Assembly: GCA_046582655.1 (NCBI GenBank)
Contig: JAYGDX010000346.1
Span: 46,999-110,998 of the forward strand
Source of the DNA: Candidatus Poribacteria bacterium
GTDB lineage: Bacteria; Poribacteria; WGA-4E; UBA9662
Length of the DNA: 64,000 nt
Reading direction: 5' to 3'
Shown: piece after piece, positions 31,625-40,990 of the stretch
Numbering within the stretch: position 1 is the stretch's first letter
Layout of the letters: each line of letters opens with the position of its first letter
The notes under the pieces: generated by a model
Databases searched by the model: none
Told to the model about the DNA's origin: nothing
What the model saw: only the letters and a program-made list of their open reading frames with translations
Program-made: the position numbers and the translations under genes

Positions 31625-32584
31625 GTGCTTGGGATTACTGTTTCTAGTCTGATTATCTGCTCTTTTCTTAGTATTCAGCCTCTGAGCGTTGATATAATTT
31701 TGAAGAGGCTGGTTTATCCGGCGGATGCTAAATTGCTGGTCATTCATGCTGATGATGCTGGTATGTCTCATTCGGTGAACAGCGCAACTCTGGATGCTTT
31801 GCAAAAAGGGATTGTCTCGTCTGCTGCCATTATGGTGCCATGTCCATGGTTTTTAGAAATGGCAGAATTTGCTCGACAGCATCCAGAAATAGATCTCGGT
31901 TTGCATCTGACACTGACGAGTGAATGGAAACACTATCGTTGGCGTCCAGTTGCTGATCCCAGCAAGGTACCAGGGTTGATTGATGAAGAAGGGTATCTGT
32001 GGAAATCTGTAGAAAATGTTGTTGGTCATGCCACAACGCAAGAAGTTGAGTTAGAAATACGGGCGCAAATTGATCGGGCAATTGCATTTGGGATCAATCC
32101 TACCCATATCGATTCGCATATGGGAACTTTGTTTGCCACCTCGGGATTTCTGCGGGTTTACTTGAAGGTTGCACTTGAATATGGGATTCCGCCCATGATG
32201 GTGGATCCCGCAGATCCTGAGGTCAAGAAATTGCTGGAGGAACGAAACATATCTTATTCAGAATCTACCATTCAGGAAATATATGCGACAAAAGTTCCTT
32301 CGCTTAATCATTTGAATACTGGTGAAGATGGAAATTCCTACGAAATCCGAAAAGCTGCTTATTACCGAGCTATCCGAGATATTAAGCCTGGAGTTAACCA
32401 GATCATTGTCCATCTGGCTGGAAACGATACAGAGATCCAAAACATCACAAATGCTTGGCAGAGGCGTTATGATGAATTTCGTATTTTTACTGATCCGGAA
32501 CTGAAAAACTTAATCGACGATCTTGGTATTGAACTTATTGGATGGCGTAAAATGAAAGAAATCATGCCTTTGCAGAACCACTGA
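31625..32584 (+). CDS. ChbG/YdjC family carbohydrate deacetylase
   Basis: 'IHADDAG', 'GLHLTL', 'PTHIDSHM', 'IVH'. Confidence 0.88.
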   Translation: MLGITVSSLIICSFLSIQPLSVDIILKRLVYPADAKLLVIHADDAGMSHSVNSATLDALQKGIVSSAAIMVPCPWFLEMAEFARQHPEIDLGLHLTLTSEWKHYRWRPVADPSKVPGLIDEEGYLWKSVENVVGHATTQEVELEIRAQIDRAIAFGINPTHIDSHMGTLFATSGFLRVYLKVALEYGIPPMMVDPADPEVKKLLEERNISYSESTIQEIYATKVPSLNHLNTGEDGNSYEIRKAAYYRAIRDIKPGVNQIIVHLAGNDTEIQNITNAWQRRYDEFRIFTDPELKNLIDDLGIELIGWRKMKEIMPLQNH

Positions 32585-32601
32585 GTTATAGGAAAAACTC
32601 C

Positions 32602-33951
32602 ATGTCAAAAAAGAATAGACCCAATGTCATTGTTTTCTTTACAGACCAACAACGATGGGACACCTCAGGTCTCCATGGTAATCCGTTGGATTTGATGCCA
32701 AACTTTGACCGAATCGCACAGCGTGGAACCCATGTGCGGCATTCGTTCACATGTCAACCTGTATGTGGTCCGGCAAGATCGTGTCTGCAAACAGGTCTGT
32801 ATGCAACAACAACTGGTTGCTTTCGAAATGGTATTCCCCTCCCAACTGAAGCGAAGACGCTGGCACACTATTTTAAGGATTCTGGATATCAGACAGGTTA
32901 CATCGGCAAATGGCACTTGGCAACAGAAGAACCGGTAACTGAACCTAATCGCGGCGGTTATGATTTTTGGCTGGCGTCCAATGTCTTGGAATTTACTTCA
33001 GATGCCTACCATATGATGGTATATGATAATGATAATAATCCGGTGAAGTTGCCGGGTTATCGAGTTGATGCGCTTACTGATGCTGCTGTTCGTTACGTAG
33101 ACGATCATCAAACTGATCCGTTTTTCCTGTTTTTGTCGTATATTGAACCTCACCATCAGAATCATCTGGATGATTATCCTCCACCGGATGGTTATAGGGA
33201 ACAGTATGCTGGAAAATGGATTCCGCCAGATCTGGCATCATTAGGTGGTTCAACTCATCAACACTTGGCTGGATACTACGGAATGGTCAAACGGCTTGAT
33301 GAGGCTTTTGGGCGATTGCTTGACGCACTCAAAAGTTTAGGGATGCAGGACGATACCATCGTACTTTTTACATCTGATCATGGGTGTCATTTCAAAACCA
33401 GGAATTCGGAATATAAAAGATCGGCACATGAAAGCTCTATCCGTGTCCCAACCGCGTTTCATGGAGGTGCTTTTACCAGTGGTGGCGAAATTCCTGAGTT
33501 GGTAAGTTTAATTGATCTACCGCCAACATTGCTTGACGTCGCGGGAATTCCAGTTCCCGATAACATGCAAGGTTCGTCTATTCTACCCTTAATCAGGGGC
33601 AATCGAGATGATTGGCCACAAGAAATATTCACGCAGATTAGTGAGGCGCAAGTCGGGCGTGCTGTGCGAACGCATCGGTGGAAATATGCGGTTGATGCTC
33701 CAGATAAGAGCGGCGGCAGAGATGCTGGATCAGACCGTTACATCGAACAGTATCTTTATGATCTGAAAGCAGACCCATACGAGCTACGAAATCTAATTGG
33801 ATTAAACTCGCATTTAGGTGTGCGAGATGTCATGCGGGCACGTCTTATCCGACGGATGGTTGAAGCTGGAGAATCGGAACCAACAATTGAATCCGCTGAA
33901 CTACATGGAAGCGGGCAGAGGCGTGTCAGTGAAGAAGAAACTCTGATGTGA
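32602..33951 (+). CDS. Cys-type sulfatase
   Basis: 'RPNV...TDQQR', 'CGPAR...TG', 'GKWHL', 'SDHG'. Confidence 0.93.
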   Translation: MSKKNRPNVIVFFTDQQRWDTSGLHGNPLDLMPNFDRIAQRGTHVRHSFTCQPVCGPARSCLQTGLYATTTGCFRNGIPLPTEAKTLAHYFKDSGYQTGYIGKWHLATEEPVTEPNRGGYDFWLASNVLEFTSDAYHMMVYDNDNNPVKLPGYRVDALTDAAVRYVDDHQTDPFFLFLSYIEPHHQNHLDDYPPPDGYREQYAGKWIPPDLASLGGSTHQHLAGYYGMVKRLDEAFGRLLDALKSLGMQDDTIVLFTSDHGCHFKTRNSEYKRSAHESSIRVPTAFHGGAFTSGGEIPELVSLIDLPPTLLDVAGIPVPDNMQGSSILPLIRGNRDDWPQEIFTQISEAQVGRAVRTHRWKYAVDAPDKSGGRDAGSDRYIEQYLYDLKADPYELRNLIGLNSHLGVRDVMRARLIRRMVEAGESEPTIESAELHGSGQRRVSEEETLM

Positions 33952-33997
33952 TTTTTGGACACAGGTTGTACTAGTTGATTGATCTGGTGTCATTTTC

Positions 33998-34390
33998 CTA
34001 ACGTTCCATATTTAGTTCGCCAAGTGCCAAATCAATCTCAAGGATTTCTGCGTTCCGACTAATGGGTTAGAGTCACCCTTGTACTTGGCTTGAGGCTGGC
34101 AACAAGTCCTTGAAGTTGCCGAAAAGTTTTTATCTGTTTTCCATTAAAGGAGATAATTTCATCGGCAGGTTGGATCCCGAAAAGATCAGCTGGACTATCG
34201 GGAATAACTTGGGTTATTCGCACGCCACCCGGTGGTTGGTTAAGTTGCACTCCTAACCAACCTTGACTAACCTTATCGGTATGGCGAAACCGACATGATT
34301 CTGTTTCCAAATAGATTTGATTGCCCCACCAACATTGGGAGGTTATTGGCCCTCTGTCCTATTTAAATCCGCCAAGGTGGCAGCTATCAT
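33998..34390 (-). pseudogene. Remnant of an HtrA/DegP-type trypsin-PDZ protease
   Basis: Three frames give 'VGFAIPI', 'GWLGVQL...V.PDSPA..GIQ..DEI..FNG' and, after removing one C, 'VTLTISRNAEILEIDLALGE'. Confidence 0.65.
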
Positions 34391-34406
34391 ACCTACCCAC
34401 AAATAT

Positions 34407-36275
34407 TTAACGCCAAAACACATAAGTGTTAACGTTAAATATTTGCCGTATGATTATCCAACTACCACCGATAAGATAATCTCCAAACAGTAATCCCATG
34501 AAAAAGGGAACTGCTCGACGATAAGCGCCGATCCCCCCTTGCTTAAGCAGAACCAATTTGACCAACCAACTGATAAAAATTGAAAACCATAACCATCCGA
34601 CTGTCCAGGTGCTGCCTGTGAGCGCGAAGCCAGCGGGATGTAGTGTCCACCACAGAAAATTTATCCGCATAAATCGAAGTGCAGAGGTAATCAGTACGCC
34701 GATTCCAATGAAAAGTAAAGCAATAAAATTAGTTGGTTTAGGATAATAAAGCCAGCTTTGTAGGTCATTGAACCCTCCCCATCCTGGATTATTTTCCGCT
34801 CCGTTTCGATACGACATATCAATGAAAGCCCAATAGGCGGATAGTGTTCCGATAACTGCCGCTAATATCATAGCAAATGCCAATTTACCACGATGTATTT
34901 GGGCAATATCAGCGAGTTTGAATCCTTCAAGGGTATGAGGCATTGGGTGTGCTCGATATCCACGATTAAACCCCCATAACAGACTCATCACGGTTAGGTT
35001 TCTTGGACCTAGACGTCGAGTGCCGATAGAGAGCACCAACAGATTGTGTGGTGTTGATTGGTACATTTCGTGAGTCGGCGGTCCCAATTCCGCTCTTATT
35101 CGTGTAATGGCTAAGGCAATGGTGAAGTAAATTAAGAGGTAAGCCAAGATAATTTCAACCGACATCCCGGCACGCATCATCCAGAAAGTTAGGAAACTGA
35201 ATCCAGCAACGAATCCGAGAATTGCCCAGCTGTATTCCCGCGTTTTTAGTGAAAAGACCTGTTTTAGATGGTGGCGCGCACCCCAGGCGGAAAAGCTCGC
35301 AATAGCAATGTAGGCTCCTGTTGTTTGTTCGTCGGCATATGGGAAACGTGGTAACCCGTAAAATCCGACAGCGTTACCAAGGATTCGAACACCTTTCCAA
35401 AACCAATAGAAAAACCAGACTGAAAAAGAGAGATCCAGTGGCATGAAGAAGGCTAAACCGATGGCAAACGGCAACACATAGATAGGTGTCCACCCAATAG
35501 CATTCCACGGTTTCTGTAAGAAAAGCGCACCGATTTCATATCGTCGGTTGGGGACTATAGGAAAATTCGGAACAAGATAGTGGATCCCATTCAAAATTGC
35601 CAGACTTGCTGATATCGAAAATCCTGTCCACATCAATCGGGAGCTAAAGAGGCTGTTTTTTGAATTGGTCAATTCAGTTGGTAGGTGGACAATTGGATAC
35701 GATAGCCGTTCGTATCTAATCCATTGATCCTGAAAAAATATACTTAGACAGACTAGAGTAACGATCAACGCGGTAAAGAATGATGTCCACCACAAAGTTG
35801 GCATGATCCAATAATAAAGCCGCCCACTTGTATAAAGCGAAGAGTCGCCAAGATAGTAGGGAGTTATTTCATCTGAAATTTCCATCGTTAACCAATTCGG
35901 TAGATAACGCCAGAAAAGCTGTTGCCAATCATTTTCAGGAGTTGCATACCAAAACGCATGTGTTAATGCAGGTACGACTGTTTGTAGCATATCGTGACCT
36001 GCCATCGCTGACGCGATTGACAGCATGACGTAGACGGTGAGTAGTTCTCCGCGACTAAGCCCACCTTCTGGAATTATCAACTTAATGCCAAAATTAATGA
36101 AGATAACGACAGTCAGGATAATAATGACGTTGTAAAAAAGCGAAATAGTGGTTGGAAGCCCACTTAGGTAGACGTGGTTATTAATTAAGAAATATGCATT
36201 AGGCGGAATGATGAAAGCGGAAAGTATGATGGAACGAAGGGTTATACCTTTACGATTTTTCCCTTGTTTATTCAA
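34407..36275 (-). CDS. DUF6785/DUF6784-like polytopic membrane protein (putative transporter)
   Basis: Many TM segments; 'EL..VY.M', 'W...ERL.YP...LP', 'TR.RAELG.P.H', 'R.HPMPH.LEGFK', 'W.LHP.GF'. Confidence 0.75.
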   Translation of the reverse strand: MNKQGKNRKGITLRSIILSAFIIPPNAYFLINNHVYLSGLPTTISLFYNVIIILTVVIFINFGIKLIIPEGGLSRGELLTVYVMLSIASAMAGHDMLQTVVPALTHAFWYATPENDWQQLFWRYLPNWLTMEISDEITPYYLGDSSLYTSGRLYYWIMPTLWWTSFFTALIVTLVCLSIFFQDQWIRYERLSYPIVHLPTELTNSKNSLFSSRLMWTGFSISASLAILNGIHYLVPNFPIVPNRRYEIGALFLQKPWNAIGWTPIYVLPFAIGLAFFMPLDLSFSVWFFYWFWKGVRILGNAVGFYGLPRFPYADEQTTGAYIAIASFSAWGARHHLKQVFSLKTREYSWAILGFVAGFSFLTFWMMRAGMSVEIILAYLLIYFTIALAITRIRAELGPPTHEMYQSTPHNLLVLSIGTRRLGPRNLTVMSLLWGFNRGYRAHPMPHTLEGFKLADIAQIHRGKLAFAMILAAVIGTLSAYWAFIDMSYRNGAENNPGWGGFNDLQSWLYYPKPTNFIALLFIGIGVLITSALRFMRINFLWWTLHPAGFALTGSTWTVGWLWFSIFISWLVKLVLLKQGGIGAYRRAVPFFMGLLFGDYLIGGSWIIIRQIFNVNTYVFWR

Positions 36276-36297
36276 AAGTTATTAATATAGGGGAAAG

Positions 36298-36843
36298 TTA
36301 GAGGCGCCGATTAACCGTAGTTCCATTGGCGGAAATGCCCGTGGTGATTGAGATTAAGGGAGGGATGACAGCGTTGTAAAGTGACTCCTGTCTGCTGATG
36401 AGGTTGGCAACCTCAAACAGGTTATTGATAGATCGCGAACTAAGGTTGGCAGAATGTGCGCGGTTCATTCGGTTATTACCATTGAGGGTAGTACTGTAAG
36501 CGGAAATTGAAGGTTGAACGCTACTGTAATTATCTTGCCCTTTATCCGATTGATCTGAAAGATTAAGAGCATCACGCAACTGTTCATTGATGGGTGCGTT
36601 CAATGCAGGGGCAAGCGAGGACAGTTGTTCTTGAACTTCGGGGGAATCAGGCGCAAGATATTCTGCAATCGAAACGATGCGATCCGGTTCGGAAACTGAA
36701 TCTGTTTGACTGGTTTCTGTAACAAAATCTCGGCGCTCAGTTCTCAGACGGCTTTCAGTAGTTCTTTCTAACCGCGATTGGTTCTCTGTCGAAAATCTAC
36801 GCGCTTCTTGTACTAAGCCCGCTGACACCGAGGAAATAACCAT
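36298..36843 (-). CDS. Hypothetical protein (polar, low complexity)
   Basis: Open frame of about 181 aa from ATG 36843 with a GAGAAGG RBS-like site. Confidence 0.55.
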   Translation of the reverse strand: MVISSVSAGLVQEARRFSTENQSRLERTTESRLRTERRDFVTETSQTDSVSEPDRIVSIAEYLAPDSPEVQEQLSSLAPALNAPINEQLRDALNLSDQSDKGQDNYSSVQPSISAYSTTLNGNNRMNRAHSANLSSRSINNLFEVANLISRQESLYNAVIPPLISITTGISANGTTVNRRL

Positions 36844-36959
36844 TACTATAACCTTCTCGAAAGAATAATTCCTATCGACTAATCCACTCGGCATGATATC
36901 ATGTGCAGATTTGAATTTCAAGTAAAAACTTGAAGCTATCGTTACGAGAAGGTTTGTTC

Positions 36960-36988
36960 TTGACACTTGTATGAGTGAATGCTATTAT
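36960..36988 (+). promoter_or_regulatory. Near-consensus sigma70 promoter
   Basis: TTGACA-N17-TATTAT with TG extension. Confidence 0.7.
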
Positions 36989-37001
36989 TGATTTCCGGTC
37001 G

Positions 37002-37028
37002 AGCGGCATTCTGTGCCGCTGTTTTTTT
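37002..37028 (+). terminator. Promoter-proximal terminator-like hairpin
   Basis: AGCGGCA-TTCTG-TGCCGCT-G-T7. Confidence 0.55.
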
Positions 37029-37065
37029 GGTTGGGAAGATTATTATGATACACATCCATTCTCAT

Positions 37066-37217
37066 GTCCCTCAGTAAACCTGTCCGAACTTGTGGCCACT
37101 AGGAAGCACAATGTGTATTTGGAAGAGTGCCCAAAGGCGATTATCACAGGTGGTCAGACCGACCTGATCCTACCTTGGCATTGGTTCTGAACCTTTATTT
37201 CGTGACCTCTGAGGGAT
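37066..37217 (+). ncRNA. Structured RNA, 6S RNA-like
   Basis: Closing stem GTCCCTCAG/CTGAGGGAT; GAACT/GGTTC and AGGA/TCCT stems flank an unpaired central bubble with 'ACC' on the 3' side; apical TTTGG/CCAAA hairpin. Confidence 0.5.
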
Positions 37218-37256
37218 TTTAAATTTGTCATCTAACTAATATGGATCTATAAAGAC

Positions 37257-37694
37257 ATGAGCATCTTGGGGCTAGACGTAGGCGATATAAGGATAGGTAT
37301 AGCTATCAGTGAAGATCTCTTGTTTGCACATCCTTTCCAGACGATTGAACGGATTGGTGTCAAAAAGGACATTCAGAATTTGTGTCGGGTTGTTACTGAG
37401 AAAGATGTTGAAACAATAGTTATTGGTTTGCCAAAGCGGCTTAATGGCGAAATCGGTATCCAAGCTGAAAAGGTACAGGGATTTTCTAGAAGGCTGGAGA
37501 AGAATACGAAAGCAAAAATTGTTTTTTGGGATGAAAGACTAACAACAGTTGAAGCGGAACGTATTTTTCAAACAACGGCTACAAACCGCAAGAAAAGGCG
37601 AAAGAAAGTTGTTGATCAAATCGCGGCAGTCTTGATTCTTGAAGGATATCTGAGCCGGTTTCACCGACCGCATAATTTGCCCAACAATGCATAG
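37257..37694 (+). CDS. ruvX: RuvX/YqgF pre-16S rRNA nuclease
   Basis: 'ILGLDVG..RIGIA.S', 'VIGLP..LNG', 'WDERLTT', 'VDQIAA..IL'. Confidence 0.95.
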   Translation: MSILGLDVGDIRIGIAISEDLLFAHPFQTIERIGVKKDIQNLCRVVTEKDVETIVIGLPKRLNGEIGIQAEKVQGFSRRLEKNTKAKIVFWDERLTTVEAERIFQTTATNRKKRRKKVVDQIAAVLILEGYLSRFHRPHNLPNNA

Positions 37695-38697
37695 AGTCGC
37701 GGTTTTACTTATTTTGATTACCACCGTCATTTTGGTTTCAACCGCCATCGTATTTTTGGTATTCCGACCGATGCAAAGTAACGCTGAACCTATTATTTTT
37801 CAGGTAAAGTTAGGTAGAAGCTCTCGTTTGATTGCTGAGGATTTAGCGCGTAAGAATCTGATTCGGACACCATTAGCTTTCAGTCTGCTAACCCGATTTA
37901 CCGGTACAAGTCGGGATCTAAAGGCGGGTACTTATCGTCTTAGTGGTGCAATGAGTTCGCTTCAGATTTTCTACTGCCTCCGCGATGGAAAGACAATTAT
38001 TCGAGAATTTGTTGTGTCAGAAGGTACGACGCTAAACGAAATTGCTCAAATCTACGAACAGTCGGGATTTGGATCCGCAGACCAGTTCCAGCAGGTCGCG
38101 CAAGATCCAAGTTGGCAAATTAAATATGATATAGAAAGTGACTTTTTAGAGGGTTATCTGTTTCCAGATACCTATTATTTTCGTGATGGTGTATCGGCCA
38201 AAACTGTGGTCCAAACCATGCTGAAACGTTTAAATCAGAAGTGGACTGACGAGATGACAAAGGCTGCAGATGCTGTTGGTATGTCGCGTCACAAGATTAT
38301 CACGCTCGCTTCAATCATTGAAATGGAGGCAGCGCTTGACAAGGAGCGAACTGTCATATCTGGTGTTTTTCACAATCGGTTGCGTCTGGGTTGGAAATTG
38401 GATGCCGATCCCACCGTTATCTATGGTTTAGGTGATCTGGGGCGGTTACTTACTAAATCTGACTTGAAAAGAGATACGCCTTATAATACGTATCTTTACC
38501 GAGGACTACCTCCGGGACCGATATGCAACCCTGGTGAGTCTTGTATCCTTGCGGCTCTTTATCCTGATAATATCCCTTATTTTTTCTTTGTGGCAATTGG
38601 CGATGGTAGACATCATTTCTCTAAAAGCCTACAGGAGCATCAGAAAATGATCAGAAAAATTAAGCGAGAAAATCGCGAACGCGGTTTTAGGAGGTAG
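37687..38697 (+). CDS. mltG: Endolytic transglycosylase MltG (YceG)
   Basis: 'LEGYLFPDTY', 'LASIIE.E', 'VF.NRL', 'DPTV.YG', 'PYNTY...GLPPGPI.NPG'. Confidence 0.95.
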   Translation: MHRVAVLLILITTVILVSTAIVFLVFRPMQSNAEPIIFQVKLGRSSRLIAEDLARKNLIRTPLAFSLLTRFTGTSRDLKAGTYRLSGAMSSLQIFYCLRDGKTIIREFVVSEGTTLNEIAQIYEQSGFGSADQFQQVAQDPSWQIKYDIESDFLEGYLFPDTYYFRDGVSAKTVVQTMLKRLNQKWTDEMTKAADAVGMSRHKIITLASIIEMEAALDKERTVISGVFHNRLRLGWKLDADPTVIYGLGDLGRLLTKSDLKRDTPYNTYLYRGLPPGPICNPGESCILAALYPDNIPYFFFVAIGDGRHHFSKSLQEHQKMIRKIKRENRERGFRR

Positions 38698-38698
38698 T

Positions 38699-39979
38699 TT
38701 GGCAAAACAAAGAACGCTAGCAAAAGAGGTTATTATTTCTGGTAAAGGGCTAATGCTTGGTCAAACTGTGACAGTTGCAATCAAACCGTCGCCCGAAAAC
38801 TACGGTATCGTTTTTCAACGAATAGACTTAGAAGGATCTTCAGCATTAAGAGCCTGTCCGGAGAACTATCAAGCTGATTTGCCACGGTGTACGAGCATTG
38901 GTCAAGGAGACACAAAAATTAATAGCGTTGAGCATTTACTGTCGGCACTTGGTGGAACAGGCGTTGATAACGCGCAAATCGATGTTGAGGGACCTGAATT
39001 ACCGTCGCTTGATGGAAGTTCGCTGCCATATGCCGAACGTATCATGGACGTGGGTATAGTTGAGCAAAATGCGGATCGGCAATTCATCAATATTCAATCG
39101 CCTATTGCGGTTGAAGACGGTGACCGACGACTTGTGCTTTTACCAGCAGATCATTTTCAAATAACTTGTGTTTATGATCACCCGCAGTTACCGACGCAAA
39201 TGGCAACCTTTTTAATTACGCCAGAGACATACATTAGTGAGATCGCGCCGTCACGGAGTTTCTGCTTGGCAAGTGAGGTGGATACGCTTAGAAAATTAGG
39301 GATTGGTCAAGGTGCTAGTTATGAAAACGTTGTCGTTGTCGAGGATGATGGAAGTGTGAGTAGCGAATTAAGGTTTGCCGATGAGTTTGTCCGACATAAA
39401 ATCTTAGATCTTATCGGTGACTTCTACTTGGCAGGTCAATTGCCAAAAGCCAATGTGATTGCAATAAAATCAGGACATGAACTTCATGCCAAACTTGTTA
39501 TGTCACTTGCTGAGGCTGGGTTAGTCAATAGCTGTAGTGTCTTTCGTAGTCCGGTGGAAGCTAAGGATATTTACCAGATCCTACCGCATCGTTTTCCGAT
39601 GTGTATGATCGACCGGGTTATTGAATATGAAGATGGAAAAAGAGCCGTTGGTATCAAGAACCTGTCGTTTAACGAACAGTTTTTCCAAGGACATTTCCCT
39701 CAAGAACCGGTGATGCCAGGCGTCTTACAGGTAGAGGGTCTGGCTCAGTTGGCAGCTTGGTTGATGTTACAAGAGATAGGTCAGGGGAATCAGATTGGGT
39801 ATTTTGCCTCTATTAATGAGGCCAAGTTTCGGAAACCGGTGGTGCCTGGCGACCAGTTGCGACTGGAAGTTGAAGTTATACGTAAACGCCGTTCCTTTGT
39901 ACGAGTTGTTGGAAAAACTCTTGTTGGATCTGAGGTGGCGAGCGAAGGTGATATCTCGATTATGCTTGGAAGTAATTAG
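38699..39979 (+). CDS. lpxC: Bifunctional LpxC-FabZ fusion
   Basis: N-terminal 'QRTL', 'VEHLL.AL', 'DGSS', 'RHKILDLIGD'; C-terminal 'LPHRFP...IDRV', 'FF.GHFP..PVMPGVL..E.LAQ', 'F.KPVVPGD'. Confidence 0.92.
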   Translation: MAKQRTLAKEVIISGKGLMLGQTVTVAIKPSPENYGIVFQRIDLEGSSALRACPENYQADLPRCTSIGQGDTKINSVEHLLSALGGTGVDNAQIDVEGPELPSLDGSSLPYAERIMDVGIVEQNADRQFINIQSPIAVEDGDRRLVLLPADHFQITCVYDHPQLPTQMATFLITPETYISEIAPSRSFCLASEVDTLRKLGIGQGASYENVVVVEDDGSVSSELRFADEFVRHKILDLIGDFYLAGQLPKANVIAIKSGHELHAKLVMSLAEAGLVNSCSVFRSPVEAKDIYQILPHRFPMCMIDRVIEYEDGKRAVGIKNLSFNEQFFQGHFPQEPVMPGVLQVEGLAQLAAWLMLQEIGQGNQIGYFASINEAKFRKPVVPGDQLRLEVEVIRKRRSFVRVVGKTLVGSEVASEGDISIMLGSN

Positions 39980-39998
39980 GCATAGTTTTTGGAGTGGA

Positions 39999-40982
39999 AT
40001 GTTGGGGGGGAAAATTAGAATCGGAATCGTTGGGTCCGGCGGGATGGCTGGAAATCATGCGAAAAATTTCGCCCATGATGATGTTGGTGAGCTAGTTGCT
40101 ATTGCCTCACGAAACACGGGAACTGGCCTTGACTTGGCACAGAAATGTAACGCTAGATTCGTACCAAATTGGCAAGAAATGGTTCAGCAGGAGGATCTAG
40201 ATGGAATTGTTGTTTGTACCGCAAACGACAGTCACGGTGAAATCGTTATAGCATCACTTGAACATGACAAACATGTTTTCACCGAATATCCGCTGGCACG
40301 TTCACTTGAAGAAGGGAAAATCGCAGCTGCAATTGCTATTTCAAAACAGAAGGTTTTGCGTGTTTCGCATAGTGAACCGGTGTTGGAAACACACCAAGCT
40401 ATTCGGCAGGAGATAGAACATTTAGGCCAGCTGTTGGTTGCTAGTTTCCTGAGACTCACGCCTGGGCGTGGTGGGCGTCCAGAAGTTTTATTTAACCTAC
40501 GGGTCTCCGGGCCGCCGGCCCACTTTTTTATTTATCATATTTATCCTGTTGTTGACCTTTTCGGTCAGGCCAAGTGGGTAGAGGCAAACGCAATCTACAA
40601 CGATTTAACCGATTCAGAGGGTTACGATCAGTTTGTCAACACCGTCACTGTCGGCTTCAAAGATGGTGGAATCGGTCATTGGACCTGGGCAGGGGGAATC
40701 GAAATTCAATCAGCAGAACAACATCATCGTTATGTCTTGGATGGTGGAACGCTGGTTAATAGTGGTGAAGGCTGGCAGGTTTCAACTAGATCAGGAATAG
40801 AATCAATTACCCCAATCTCAGTTCAACACTCATCGGTTGTGGATCTTTGGCTCAGCGAAGTCTTAGACAATAATTTGGCCGCTGCGCAGATTGATACAGC
40901 CAAAGCACTTGATGCGATTCATATAAGCTTGCTTGCTGAAAAAGCTATGCAGAAAAACAGGCGGGTACCCATCCTCTTTTAA
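39999..40982 (+). CDS. Gfo/Idh/MocA family oxidoreductase
   Basis: 'RIGIVGSGGM', 'H......L...KHV..EYP'. Confidence 0.85.
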   Translation: MLGGKIRIGIVGSGGMAGNHAKNFAHDDVGELVAIASRNTGTGLDLAQKCNARFVPNWQEMVQQEDLDGIVVCTANDSHGEIVIASLEHDKHVFTEYPLARSLEEGKIAAAIAISKQKVLRVSHSEPVLETHQAIRQEIEHLGQLLVASFLRLTPGRGGRPEVLFNLRVSGPPAHFFIYHIYPVVDLFGQAKWVEANAIYNDLTDSEGYDQFVNTVTVGFKDGGIGHWTWAGGIEIQSAEQHHRYVLDGGTLVNSGEGWQVSTRSGIESITPISVQHSSVVDLWLSEVLDNNLAAAQIDTAKALDAIHISLLAEKAMQKNRRVPILF

Positions 40983-40990
40983 CCGGTGTA

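Noticed and set aside
36975..37190. 71-aa ORF
   Set aside because: It starts inside the promoter spacer, has no RBS and overlaps a better-supported structured RNA.
39795..39998. Long N-terminal extension of the Gfo/Idh/MocA ORF overlapping fabZ
   Set aside because: The Rossmann motif begins right after ATG 39999, which has a GGAG RBS; the extension is an ORF-calling artefact.
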